A stretch of DNA of 64,000 nucleotides. Source: an uncultured bacterium. GTDB taxonomy: Bacteria > Zixibacteria > MSB-5A5 > GN15 > FEB-12. Of this stretch, positions 47,089 through 56,169 are shown piece by piece (within the stretch, counting starts at the first letter, position 1; every line of letters begins with the position of its first letter). The notes under the pieces were generated by a model. The model worked only from the letters and a program-made list of their open reading frames with translations. It had not been told where the DNA came from and made no database searches. The DNA lies in NCBI GenBank assembly GCA_965372795.1, contig CBDVDR010000013.1, positions 1 to 64,000 of the forward strand, in the 5' to 3' direction. The position numbers were made by a program, and so were the translations under genes.

Positions 47089-49140
47089 TTATCTTTTCTT
47101 AACTCTTTTCCGAACGGGAGCCTTTTTCACGGTATTAAATTTCACTCCCATGGAAGTCAACTTCATTTTTTGAACTTGCTCTGGTTTCATTCCCAAAACC
47201 TTATAGAGCTCCTCAGATCTCAATGAAAGCATATCTTTGCGAGTGATTAATTTAGCATCTTTCCTAAAGTGCCTTGCTAATTTTGGAAGTACACTTCTGG
47301 GGACCTCTCGGGAGACCGACTCATCGAGGATTTCACGACCCTTTTTAAATTGTACCATCTTTAATTCCAATTGCCTGGCAAAGAATTCAGTATCTTCAAA
47401 CTTTTGAAGTTTCACATTCGGATTATTTAGGCTCTTGATTGTTTCAATTTTAATGTAATCACTCAATTCATTTGCTTTAAGAATTGTGTATTTACCTGAT
47501 TTAATTTCATTAGCCATCTTTTCTTTATCACAACATTCTTTACGCTGCTCATCCTTAAGCATTCGAGTGTCAGCCTTCTTACCTGATTCCTTCTCAGCCA
47601 TCGTAAATGATTCAAAAGCTTTGGCACTTTTTGCAATAGTATTCGTAACTCTTAATTCAATAGGAATGGGTTTAATCTCTACTATAAACTCATCCATAGG
47701 GATAGTTAAAATCCTTGATTCACAACAGCACAAACCACGTGTCGTTATCATTAATGCTTCTTCTTCCCCTATCTGTTTGGTAGGCGTAATTGATACTAAA
47801 TTCACCTGAACTTGTCTGCGGGCATTTCCAGAACGCTTCTGCCATTCATCCGGACAATCAACACATCCAAATGTATCTTCATAACAAATCTTACCATTTG
47901 CCTCAGCATGGATAGTCAACGTTTGTCGATTGGGCGATATTGTAACATTGGAACTTCCATGAGTACTGCTATTTACCAAATTATTATAACTTTCAATACT
48001 ATAACCGGTTGGGGCAGTATATACTTTATCATCTTCATCATGAGTTAAATAACATTGATAATACATATCCCAACAACCACCGAAACAGGCTTCTCCCCAT
48101 TTTTCTCGATTACCCAAAGTATCTTTCTTAGTCGGAATTGGTGCCGTTGCAGATGCCAACTCTGTGATATCTGATCTTCTGTCGTAATCCATTATAGGGG
48201 TCTTGGTCAAATGACTGGTATCCAATCTCAACGATACACAGAATTCCTTCTGCCCTTTTGGCTGGGCTACAACCATAAAAAATTCCTGCATACCTTCAAC
48301 AGGTCTTGGACCTCTAACAAAACCAGATGGCTCCTCAAGTGTATGTGGTCTCGGTTGTATAAAAAAGACGACTCTATTTGTACCTAAATGATAACTATCC
48401 AATAGATGGTACATTTGTGAAAGTTGTGTAGAAAACGAAAAACTCTCTCTCTTTTCTTGACCAACATCTGATGAACGAGATGTCATGCTTTCTTCGGCGT
48501 TTAATCTTTTAGTACCCCATTGGCCTTGTGATGAACTCGAAAAATTAAAGCCTCCTCCAGTTCCGGCATAAGAAGCTTCTGCACCAAAACCAACACTACT
48601 ACCCATATCGACATCTAATACTTCCATTGATTGGGTTGAACCACTGGACTTTGTAATGTTCAATGATTCCATAGAACGCGATTGCTTCTCATGAGTATCA
48701 GTTGCTAATTCATACAACTCCCTTTTCTTAGGCTCAAAATCCATAAAGAATGGATAATCCTTCAGAGGTAATCGAGGATTTCTCTCATTTGGTCCAACCA
48801 CAACCTGTAAAATTGCTCCATGACATGGATTGTAGGAATTCAGCAGGTCAGTTAGTCCGGCGATTGTGGCTATGTTTACACCATTCCAGTTTATTTTACC
48901 TTGTATTTCCTTATCAAGTGGTTGATAACCGGTAATTGTTGCAGTTACCTTCAAATATGTAATATCATAGTCTGGGAATAGTTGAAACTCATCTTCGGGA
49001 CGATACTTAAAAACAGCAAGTGAGGTTTGCCACTTTGCAGGCAAACGCTTATCACAAACCACTCTGTCAATCATATCCTCGGTTACACAAATTCGTTTCC
49101 AAGGAATATCTGTCGGGAGGTTCAATTTAAAACAAGACAT
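47089..49140 (-). CDS. Hypothetical protein with a Ser/Thr/Gly-rich amphipathic beta segment
   Basis: 683-aa ORF with AAGGAGAG RBS; Cys-rich central region; function not recognised. Confidence 0.8.
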   Translation of the reverse strand: MSCFKLNLPTDIPWKRICVTEDMIDRVVCDKRLPAKWQTSLAVFKYRPEDEFQLFPDYDITYLKVTATITGYQPLDKEIQGKINWNGVNIATIAGLTDLLNSYNPCHGAILQVVVGPNERNPRLPLKDYPFFMDFEPKKRELYELATDTHEKQSRSMESLNITKSSGSTQSMEVLDVDMGSSVGFGAEASYAGTGGGFNFSSSSQGQWGTKRLNAEESMTSRSSDVGQEKRESFSFSTQLSQMYHLLDSYHLGTNRVVFFIQPRPHTLEEPSGFVRGPRPVEGMQEFFMVVAQPKGQKEFCVSLRLDTSHLTKTPIMDYDRRSDITELASATAPIPTKKDTLGNREKWGEACFGGCWDMYYQCYLTHDEDDKVYTAPTGYSIESYNNLVNSSTHGSSNVTISPNRQTLTIHAEANGKICYEDTFGCVDCPDEWQKRSGNARRQVQVNLVSITPTKQIGEEEALMITTRGLCCCESRILTIPMDEFIVEIKPIPIELRVTNTIAKSAKAFESFTMAEKESGKKADTRMLKDEQRKECCDKEKMANEIKSGKYTILKANELSDYIKIETIKSLNNPNVKLQKFEDTEFFARQLELKMVQFKKGREILDESVSREVPRSVLPKLARHFRKDAKLITRKDMLSLRSEELYKVLGMKPEQVQKMKLTSMGVKFNTVKKAPVRKRVKKR

Positions 49141-49729
49141 ACTCTCTCCTTAATTATTAAAAATGACTCAATTTTAAAGCAGACCTATATTTCTCTTTTA
49201 GAATTAACTTCCTAATTAGAAGTTAATTCTAAAATACGGCGCATAATTATTCTTTGATTTCGGATGCGTTAGTGCTGATGAAAAGTATAAATTAATAATT
49301 AATTAAAGATAATATCTTTAATTTTTCAGTTGTCTATATTGTTGATATTTATTTATAATACGTCAAATTATAGATAAATAATATACTATTACATTTATGT
49401 ACGCAAGCACTTTTTTTAAAAATCTCATTTGTCCATGAAAATATATATTATTACAATCATATTTTTTCTTAATTGTACCAGGTTAGGATGGAATAAAGTA
49501 AGCATCAGTTCTATTTAGAATGATAATTTTGATTAGTCATCGCATAGTTGCTCAATCTAATAAACCCGAATTCTTATGATAGTAATAAAGTTTGAATTCT
49601 CCGCAAAAAAAAATAGCGTTTTAGTTTCGACATGAGATAATATATGAATCTTTTGTCAATGATATAAATAATAAAATGGCTGATCACAGGGATTCCGTCA
49701 TACTATAATTGCTTTGATAAATATCGATA

Positions 49730-49954
49730 TTCCGTGGGCGGCAGACGCCCTCGTCTGCCCCTTTCTATCTATCCCATTAACCATTAATGATCCTTATCAA
49801 TTTTAAGCAACCCATTTCCTGTTGTCAACTAATCAAAAGTACTTGAAATTGCACCGTGGGAATTCATACTCACCGTGACGAAGTTTCTCAAATCCATATT
49901 TCTAATAAAATATCTCCCCGCTGTCCGAAGGAATAAAACATACGAAGTATGCGG
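49730..49954. repeat. Conserved cassette end B (copy 1, ~225 bp)
   Basis: Aligns along its length with 52124-52347. Confidence 0.88.
49800..49828 (-). promoter_or_regulatory. Sigma70-like promoter in end B facing the Rhs operon
   Basis: TTGACA-N17-TAAAAT on the minus strand. Confidence 0.6.
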
Positions 49955-50046
49955 GTTACTTGGGATACATATCGAACCAACATAGTTGGATATATCTCAT
50001 AAAAAAACTGTATCTTAATTATGCCGCCAGGTCAAGCCATTTATAA

Positions 50047-50228
50047 TGGCGGAGAGGCAGGGATTCGAACGGTGGTATATTGGATAACTTATTGAATAGC
50101 ATAATATTACCCGTAATGCAATGGGCTTCAAAATGTTAAGTAGAGTTAAGTTGCGTTAAGTTCGATCAAGTTGAGTTAACTTCAGTGAAGTAGATTGTTA
50201 GAAAATTGTTAGAAAAAGTGTATGTCAA
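50047..50228. repeat. att-like tRNA-Ser 3' copy plus conserved cassette end A (copy 2)
   Basis: 50049-50070 is identical to 52434-52455; 10-bp periodic repeats and TTGTTAGAAAA x2 follow. Confidence 0.85.
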
Positions 50229-50459
50229 AACAAATATATTTTATCAATAATGAATCTTTCTAATAAATATATTTCACAATAATGTGATCGCTCCCTACCT
50301 ATTGAAATTTGTTTAGCAATTACACCAAATAATAGAAAAAAACTCTAAGAATCGACTTTATAATAAAATTAATAAAACATTTAAATTATCAAGTATTATA
50401 ATTGTATGGATTATCTAATTACAAAAATTGAATCTGTTGAGCTAAGATTTAAAATTCTT

Positions 50460-52007
50460 TTAACTCGCCCGTTTATTATCCCACCACTCGGACCACTCTT
50501 TCGCCGATTGAAATTGCTCACCAGTTTCATGTGTCAGAGCTTTTTTTGCGTATATAACTTCTTCTGGTCTACCCACCCATAGCAAATTAATCAAATTTCC
50601 TAATACAAGTTCTCTTCGGTTCCAATATAAATAATTACGATACCAGTTCATACGTTCTTCCAATGACAGTGTTGTGTCATGTTGAGCAATAATTCCTAGT
50701 GCATTAGCAAGTAAAGATTCATGCAAAAGACTCGATTGTAAATCTGTCGTTTCCATATTATTTATAAGTCTCTTCCATAGAGCTAATGACTGAATATCAT
50801 TTACAAAATCTATTTGAGAAGTATCCAACCACTTTTGCCAATATTGTAATTTAGAATATACATAAACGGAATCGATGTCTCGATGAACATCTATTGGTAG
50901 ACCAGATACAATTGTAAGATACCTCATAATAGTATTCTTGAATTGACGATGAAAATCGTTATCGAATGCTGCGAGCCTTATTAAACTCGATATCATTAAT
51001 TCTGTTGTTGTAAGCGACCATGTTTTATTAAGAGAAGTTTGAGAGCTTGAAGTCGGTTTATGCCAAATTGAGGCATCAGTAGACATTAATCTTTGAATTA
51101 TTGAATCTCTTCCGGATTTCAATAATAAGTTGTCAATAGCCACAGGAAAACTATCGCTTTGGCAAAGCTCAAACAATCCGGGAACCATATCTACTGTTGC
51201 TTGTTGAATTCGGAATAAATTATTATTTGGCTTACAATATTCATCAAGATAGTGGGCAAGATAGTAGCCATAGTCCTGTCGTAGCATTCCTCGCTTTAGT
51301 ATTTGAGTGGTTTGAAGATGTGCACTTCCATAATATACAAGAACTTTAAAATTCAACTCAGATTCCAATAGATGAATTATTTGTTGAGAAGAGTATTTAT
51401 CTCGTTCATTGAAAAAATAATCATCACGTTTACTCAATGTCCAATCATCGATATCTATTAACTTTTCGGCCCCTTTAATTTCAAAAAAAACACTATCTTC
51501 AAGCTTAATATCCCTATTAAGCTTATCTACGCGAAGTTTAATAGATTCTAAATCATGGTAAAATTTGATAACTTCCACTGTAAATTGCGGTGAAAGAAAT
51601 TGTCCAAGTCCAACCAAGTCTTCAATTTTTTTTGTTTTCCAGAATTGTTTTACCCTATGCACCTGTACAGAATCCATTTCAAGTACTAATACAAGACGTT
51701 TGGGGATTGAGGTCTCTTGTTTTTGCTGTCCTAAAGAATCGACCCAAGCGTTCAAAAACTTTACTACAGGTCGCATATATTTTGAGCTTCCATGCTGACT
51801 ATCTCCAAGCATGACAATACGATTTTCAACAACCTTCTCTAAGATGAAATCACTAACTTTATAATTACAATATTCGACTGAAATAGATTCTACTTGTGGT
51901 TTATCTCCTTCACTCAAATCACATGATACAACCACGAACAGAAGTAATGCCATGATTATATTTCGGATTTTTAAGCATTTATTACTTATTGAAATCATAT
52001 TAATCAT
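50460..52007 (-). CDS. Lipoprotein with EreA/ChaN/TraB-like hydrolase domain
   Basis: VVSC lipobox; IVMLGDSQHG, LVLE, ERD, VLVYYGSAH motif order; start may be a few codons downstream. Confidence 0.6.
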   Translation of the reverse strand: MINMISISNKCLKIRNIIMALLLFVVVSCDLSEGDKPQVESISVEYCNYKVSDFILEKVVENRIVMLGDSQHGSSKYMRPVVKFLNAWVDSLGQQKQETSIPKRLVLVLEMDSVQVHRVKQFWKTKKIEDLVGLGQFLSPQFTVEVIKFYHDLESIKLRVDKLNRDIKLEDSVFFEIKGAEKLIDIDDWTLSKRDDYFFNERDKYSSQQIIHLLESELNFKVLVYYGSAHLQTTQILKRGMLRQDYGYYLAHYLDEYCKPNNNLFRIQQATVDMVPGLFELCQSDSFPVAIDNLLLKSGRDSIIQRLMSTDASIWHKPTSSSQTSLNKTWSLTTTELMISSLIRLAAFDNDFHRQFKNTIMRYLTIVSGLPIDVHRDIDSVYVYSKLQYWQKWLDTSQIDFVNDIQSLALWKRLINNMETTDLQSSLLHESLLANALGIIAQHDTTLSLEERMNWYRNYLYWNRRELVLGNLINLLWVGRPEEVIYAKKALTHETGEQFQSAKEWSEWWDNKRAS

Positions 52008-52123
52008 CTCTATAGGATTTATTCATAGAATTATCCATGTCGTCAATTTCCTTCAACGCTTTATGGCACATATAAGTAATTCCTCTATAATCAGGCAATT
52101 TAATTGCCTGTCTTAGGAGGGTT

Positions 52124-52362
52124 TTCCGTGGGCGGCAGACGCCCTCGTCTGCCCCTTTTTATCTATCCCATCAAACATTCATAATCCTTATAATTTTAAT
52201 CAACCCATTTCCAGATGTCAACTAATCTAAAGCACTTGAAATTTAACCGTGGGAATTCATACACACCGTGACGAAATTTCTCAAATCCATATTTCTAATA
52301 AAACATCTCCCCGCTGTCCGAAGGAACAAACCATACTATGTATGCGGAGAGGCAGGGATTCG
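52124..52362. repeat. Conserved cassette end B (copy 2) plus tRNA-Ser 3' copy
   Basis: Matches 49730-49954; 52340-52362 equals 52430-52452. Confidence 0.88.
52193..52221 (-). promoter_or_regulatory. Sigma70-like promoter in end B facing the lipoprotein gene
   Basis: TTGACA-N17-TAAAAT on the minus strand; hexamers identical to copy 1. Confidence 0.6.
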
Positions 52363-52433
52363 CAGGCATAGCCTGTTTGATATAATTATCATCTTAAATA
52401 TGTATTAAAGTTTATATCAAACATACGAAGTAT

Positions 52434-52519
<86 letters not shown>

Positions 52520-52594
52520 GTAAAATTTATTAAATCGAGAAACCAAACTCTCGGCTGGTTAATTTAGGAAAATCAGTCTGTTTGTAAAGAACAA

Positions 52595-53116
52595 TTAATC
52601 TCTCAAAAATTCGCCTTTTTTCATAAGGGCTTTTTGTATATCAATCAGTTTTCTGACAATACCTAAACGAGGTCGGACAACCTGAAAAACAAGGAATGAA
52701 AAGAATACCAAAAAGACTGTTTCCTGAAACCGCGCCGTTAAATAAAAATACAAAAACCCATAAGCAGCGATAGCTACAATGATCAGGAAAATCGGTTTCG
52801 AAGCTTTCAAAAGTCCTTCGGCTAAATCCTGTTCCATCGTTTCCACCCGGCGCACCATCGGATGGGCAAAGTTTTTACTTTTTTGCCATAGAGCATAACC
52901 GGCTTGAAGCAAACTCAGAATCGCAAAGACTATAAACAAGCTGTTGGAAAAATCGCCGACCCGGTTTTCCATCCAACTATTTTGATCAGCATAATAACAA
53001 AGCATTATCCCCGCCATCGGAATCAGAATATTGACAAACATCCCGAAGTAAAGGCTTTTGATAATGATTCGGTTATAATCAACATTATTATCTTCATGAA
53101 GTAGACTCATCTTCAT
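52595..53116 (-). CDS. Hypothetical membrane protein
   Basis: About 4 TM segments; in an operon with tadA; start may be the second Met. Confidence 0.75.
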   Translation of the reverse strand: MKMSLLHEDNNVDYNRIIIKSLYFGMFVNILIPMAGIMLCYYADQNSWMENRVGDFSNSLFIVFAILSLLQAGYALWQKSKNFAHPMVRRVETMEQDLAEGLLKASKPIFLIIVAIAAYGFLYFYLTARFQETVFLVFFSFLVFQVVRPRLGIVRKLIDIQKALMKKGEFLRD

Positions 53117-53558
53117 TCACTTTCTCTAAAAATTGTTTATACTTAGCCTCACTGGGCCAATGAACAAAGGTCCAGACGATGCCAATCGGGTAGAAAAACA
53201 GGGTTCTGGCAAAATCGCCGGTTATAAAATATACTGTTAAACCTAAAACATAAATTGCATTTACTAATGCAAACTTAACTATTGATATACCAAAATTAAT
53301 TTTTTCAGGTTCAGTGGTAATCTGTTTATTTTTATACATATGAATTTGATTTCGTTCTATCAGAAATCCGAATAATGGAAGCACCATCGAAACGAAAAAG
53401 ATAATATAAAAAAGAATATGAGTTTCTCCCCCATCACGCAGGGGAACATCCACAAAAAACATTGCAATCAAATATGTTACAGGAGACAAAATTAAAAAAG
53501 GATAGACTAAAAATTTAATCATCCTAAAACTCTGTTCTTTTGATAACATCATTTTCAT
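53094..53558 (-). CDS. Hypothetical membrane protein
   Basis: About 4 TM segments; TAATG-coupled to tadA. Confidence 0.75.
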   Translation of the reverse strand: MKMMLSKEQSFRMIKFLVYPFLILSPVTYLIAMFFVDVPLRDGGETHILFYIIFFVSMVLPLFGFLIERNQIHMYKNKQITTEPEKINFGISIVKFALVNAIYVLGLTVYFITGDFARTLFFYPIGIVWTFVHWPSEAKYKQFLEKVNEDESTS

Positions 53559-54034
53559 TAATTAATCTGCTCCTTCCTTTGCCGAACCTGTTTAAAAAAG
53601 AGTTTCATCAAATCGGCAATCTCGGTTTCCAAAATACCGTTAACAACTTCAATCTGATGATTTGTCTTTTTCTCTTTTGGAATATTGAAGATTGATCCGC
53701 AGGCGCCGAATTTTGGATCTTTAGCACCGTAGATAATCGTTTTTATCCGCGATAACATCGCCGCTCCGGCACACATCGCACACGGCTCCAAAGTCGATAC
53801 CAGGATACAATTCTCAAGCCGCCAATCACCAACATAATTATAAGCCGCCGTCAGAGCTATTATTTCGGCGTGAGCCGTAGCATCTTTTAAAGTTTCGGTC
53901 TGATTATAGCCTTTGCCGATAATTTTGTTATCAAAAACAACCACAGCACCAACCGGAACTTCATCCTGCTGGAAAGCTTTGCCAGCCTCTTTGAGGGCTT
54001 CCTGCATATAGGTTATATACTTATCTGGTGTCAT
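53558..54034 (-). CDS. tadA: tRNA adenosine(34) deaminase
   Basis: EVPVGAV, HAE, TLEPCAMC, DPKFGACGS. Confidence 0.92.
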   Translation of the reverse strand: MTPDKYITYMQEALKEAGKAFQQDEVPVGAVVVFDNKIIGKGYNQTETLKDATAHAEIIALTAAYNYVGDWRLENCILVSTLEPCAMCAGAAMLSRIKTIIYGAKDPKFGACGSIFNIPKEKKTNHQIEVVNGILETEIADLMKLFFKQVRQRKEQIN

Positions 54035-54102
54035 GGATAGAATATAGAACAGAAATAGAGCTAAGACAATTTGTTTTATTGCCCTGAAAAAACAACTTTT
54101 AT

Positions 54103-55242
54103 CTACTTCAACAGCCGGCTGATAATTTCATCCGCCTGATTTAAGCCGTCATCGGAAAGTCGAAGTCTCCCTTTATCGGGGATCAAGTGACCCGATTCGA
54201 TAAAAATATCATACTGTTTTCGATCAAACAGTTCTTTAATCGGAATATTGAATTTGGCTTTAAAATCCCGTCGGTTGATTCCCTTGACAGTTCTTATTGC
54301 CATTACAAAAGCATCGATGCTCAGGACCTTTGAGTCAGACTGGTCATGTTCATGGGCCAATTGGTTATTACTTAATTTATTAATATACGTGTTTAGATCC
54401 TGCGGATTAAACCAGCGTTGCATCCTGATAAATGAATGAGCCGCCAACCCCAACCCTAAGTAATTCCCGCTTTGCCAGTAATTCATATTATGCCGACCCT
54501 CTAAATTATCCTTGGCAAAGGATGAAATTTCATACCGACTATATCCGGCTTCACTAAGACGGTCAACGGCGCCTCTATAAATAGCATACATTAAGTCAGT
54601 TTCGGGGGAAGCAATTTTATTATTTTGAACATCTTCACCGAATGAAGTTTCTTTTTCGGCAGTTAATTCATAATACGAAATATGTTTTGGTTCCAACGCC
54701 AGAAGCTCCTCGATATCCGAAGCTGCTTTTTTTGCGGTTTGACTGGGTAACCCAAAAAGAATATCGAGCGCAATATTTTCAATATTAAACAAATTCGCAT
54801 AATAAACCGCCCGATGAACATCATCGATAGAATGTTTTCTGCCGAGCAATTTTAAATAGCGGGCATCAAATGTCTGCACGCCGATTACAACTCGGTTGAC
54901 CCCAAGTTCAGCCAAAGCTTCCATTTTGTCAGCATCTATATCTTCAGGATTACATTCAATCGAAAATTCTACATTTTTAGAAATTGAGAAATTATTTCGT
55001 AATTGATTTATTGTTCCTTGAAGTAATTTATCAGTTGCCGTTGAAGGCGTTCCCCCGCCGATATATATTGTTGAAACTTCACTGTCTGATAAATCAAATT
55101 TCTCAGCTGTCAGTTTGATTTCATTATTGAGAGCTTCAAAATATTTTTTCTCAAGTTCATTATTGAAAAGTTGTTTTGAGTAATCGCAATAAGAACAGAT
55201 ATGATTACAAAAAGGATAGTGAAGATAAATTGATAGAGCCAT
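54103..55242 (-). CDS. hemW: Radical SAM heme chaperone HemW (HemN-like)
   Basis: IYLHYPFCNHICSYCDY, GGGTPS, YEISSFA, HNMNYW. Confidence 0.88.
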   Translation of the reverse strand: MALSIYLHYPFCNHICSYCDYSKQLFNNELEKKYFEALNNEIKLTAEKFDLSDSEVSTIYIGGGTPSTATDKLLQGTINQLRNNFSISKNVEFSIECNPEDIDADKMEALAELGVNRVVIGVQTFDARYLKLLGRKHSIDDVHRAVYYANLFNIENIALDILFGLPSQTAKKAASDIEELLALEPKHISYYELTAEKETSFGEDVQNNKIASPETDLMYAIYRGAVDRLSEAGYSRYEISSFAKDNLEGRHNMNYWQSGNYLGLGLAAHSFIRMQRWFNPQDLNTYINKLSNNQLAHEHDQSDSKVLSIDAFVMAIRTVKGINRRDFKAKFNIPIKELFDRKQYDIFIESGHLIPDKGRLRLSDDGLNQADEIISRLLK

Positions 55243-55246
55243 TATT

Positions 55247-55972
55247 TTATAGGGCGGTACCGAGTCTATCCCAGCGAACTTGAGTCGGGAAATTAATCAA
55301 CCCGTACCCTATCCATTGGACAGCATCGATAACATATGGAAACCCCCATTCGGGAGTATCAGGATCCGGAGCCCAGGACCAATAGGTAAATACGGCTTTA
55401 CCCCTAATATTATCAAACGGTACTGTTCCCCAAAATCGGCTGTCACGACTGTCGTCACGATTATCGCCCATCACAAAGTATTCACTTTCCATAACGGTAT
55501 AAGGTCCGAAATTATCTCTAAAAGAAAGATCACCGGGGATAATTCTCTTATCGATATGTTTTGAATGAATCGGTATCGAGGCAACCTCACCATCAATATA
55601 CACGACCTTATCAGCAATTTGAACTGTCTGGCCAGGGAGAGCAATAACTCGTTTGATAAAATCTTTAGTAGGATTATTCGGGTACTTGAAGACAATAATA
55701 TCTCCGGGCTTTGGTTCATTTTCAAACTCATAAGCGAGTTTATTAACGAAAATGTAATCACCTTCATATAAGGAGCCTTCCATTGAACCGGAATTCACCT
55801 TATAAGCCGATACCACAAAAAATCTTAATAAGATTGCTGCTACCAGAGCAACAATTGCAGTTTCGAGATACTCCCGCCAGAGCGGTTTCATTTCTCTTTT
55901 GTTGAGTACTTTGCGGGCTTCACGTGAAGTTTCAGCTCGCTTGACATCCTGTATTAAAAAATCCTGATCCAT
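55247..55972 (-). CDS. lepB: Signal peptidase I
   Basis: SGSM, FIKRVIA, GDNRDDSRDSRFWG. Confidence 0.95.
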   Translation of the reverse strand: MDQDFLIQDVKRAETSREARKVLNKREMKPLWREYLETAIVALVAAILLRFFVVSAYKVNSGSMEGSLYEGDYIFVNKLAYEFENEPKPGDIIVFKYPNNPTKDFIKRVIALPGQTVQIADKVVYIDGEVASIPIHSKHIDKRIIPGDLSFRDNFGPYTVMESEYFVMGDNRDDSRDSRFWGTVPFDNIRGKAVFTYWSWAPDPDTPEWGFPYVIDAVQWIGYGLINFPTQVRWDRLGTAL

Positions 55973-56169
55973 ATATTTAAAAGTATCGGTTTCTCCCCAT
56001 AAATCTTTAAAAACTTTCTTTATGAGGCGTTAATTAATTTAAATATAGGTTTATAACCGTACCCCAGTCAAGAATCAGCCTGAAGAATTATTAACTCGCT
56101 CGCTTCCATTAACTTAGGAGCGAGGCTATAACTGATTGTATCTTTTATTGTTCTTTACTATAATTATCT

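Larger units (their letters stand above)
40290..52362 (-). mobile_element. Tandem integrated cassettes (genomic islet) at the tRNA-Ser 3' end, no integrase in window
   Basis: tRNA 3'-end duplications at 40290-40320, 50049-50070, 52340-52362 (partial at 49938-49954); shared end blocks; AT-rich accessory cargo. Confidence 0.7.

Noticed and set aside
40290..50070. Additional tRNA genes at 40290-40320 and 50047-50070
   Set aside because: Only the T-arm/acceptor 3' portion is present; these are att-type duplications
50132..50228. CRISPR array suggested by short periodic repeats
   Set aside because: Units are 10 bp, adjacent and degenerate with no spacers; no cas genes in the window
40290..52362. 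Classical integron or prophage
   Set aside because: No intI, no recognisable attC sites, and no phage structural or replication genes
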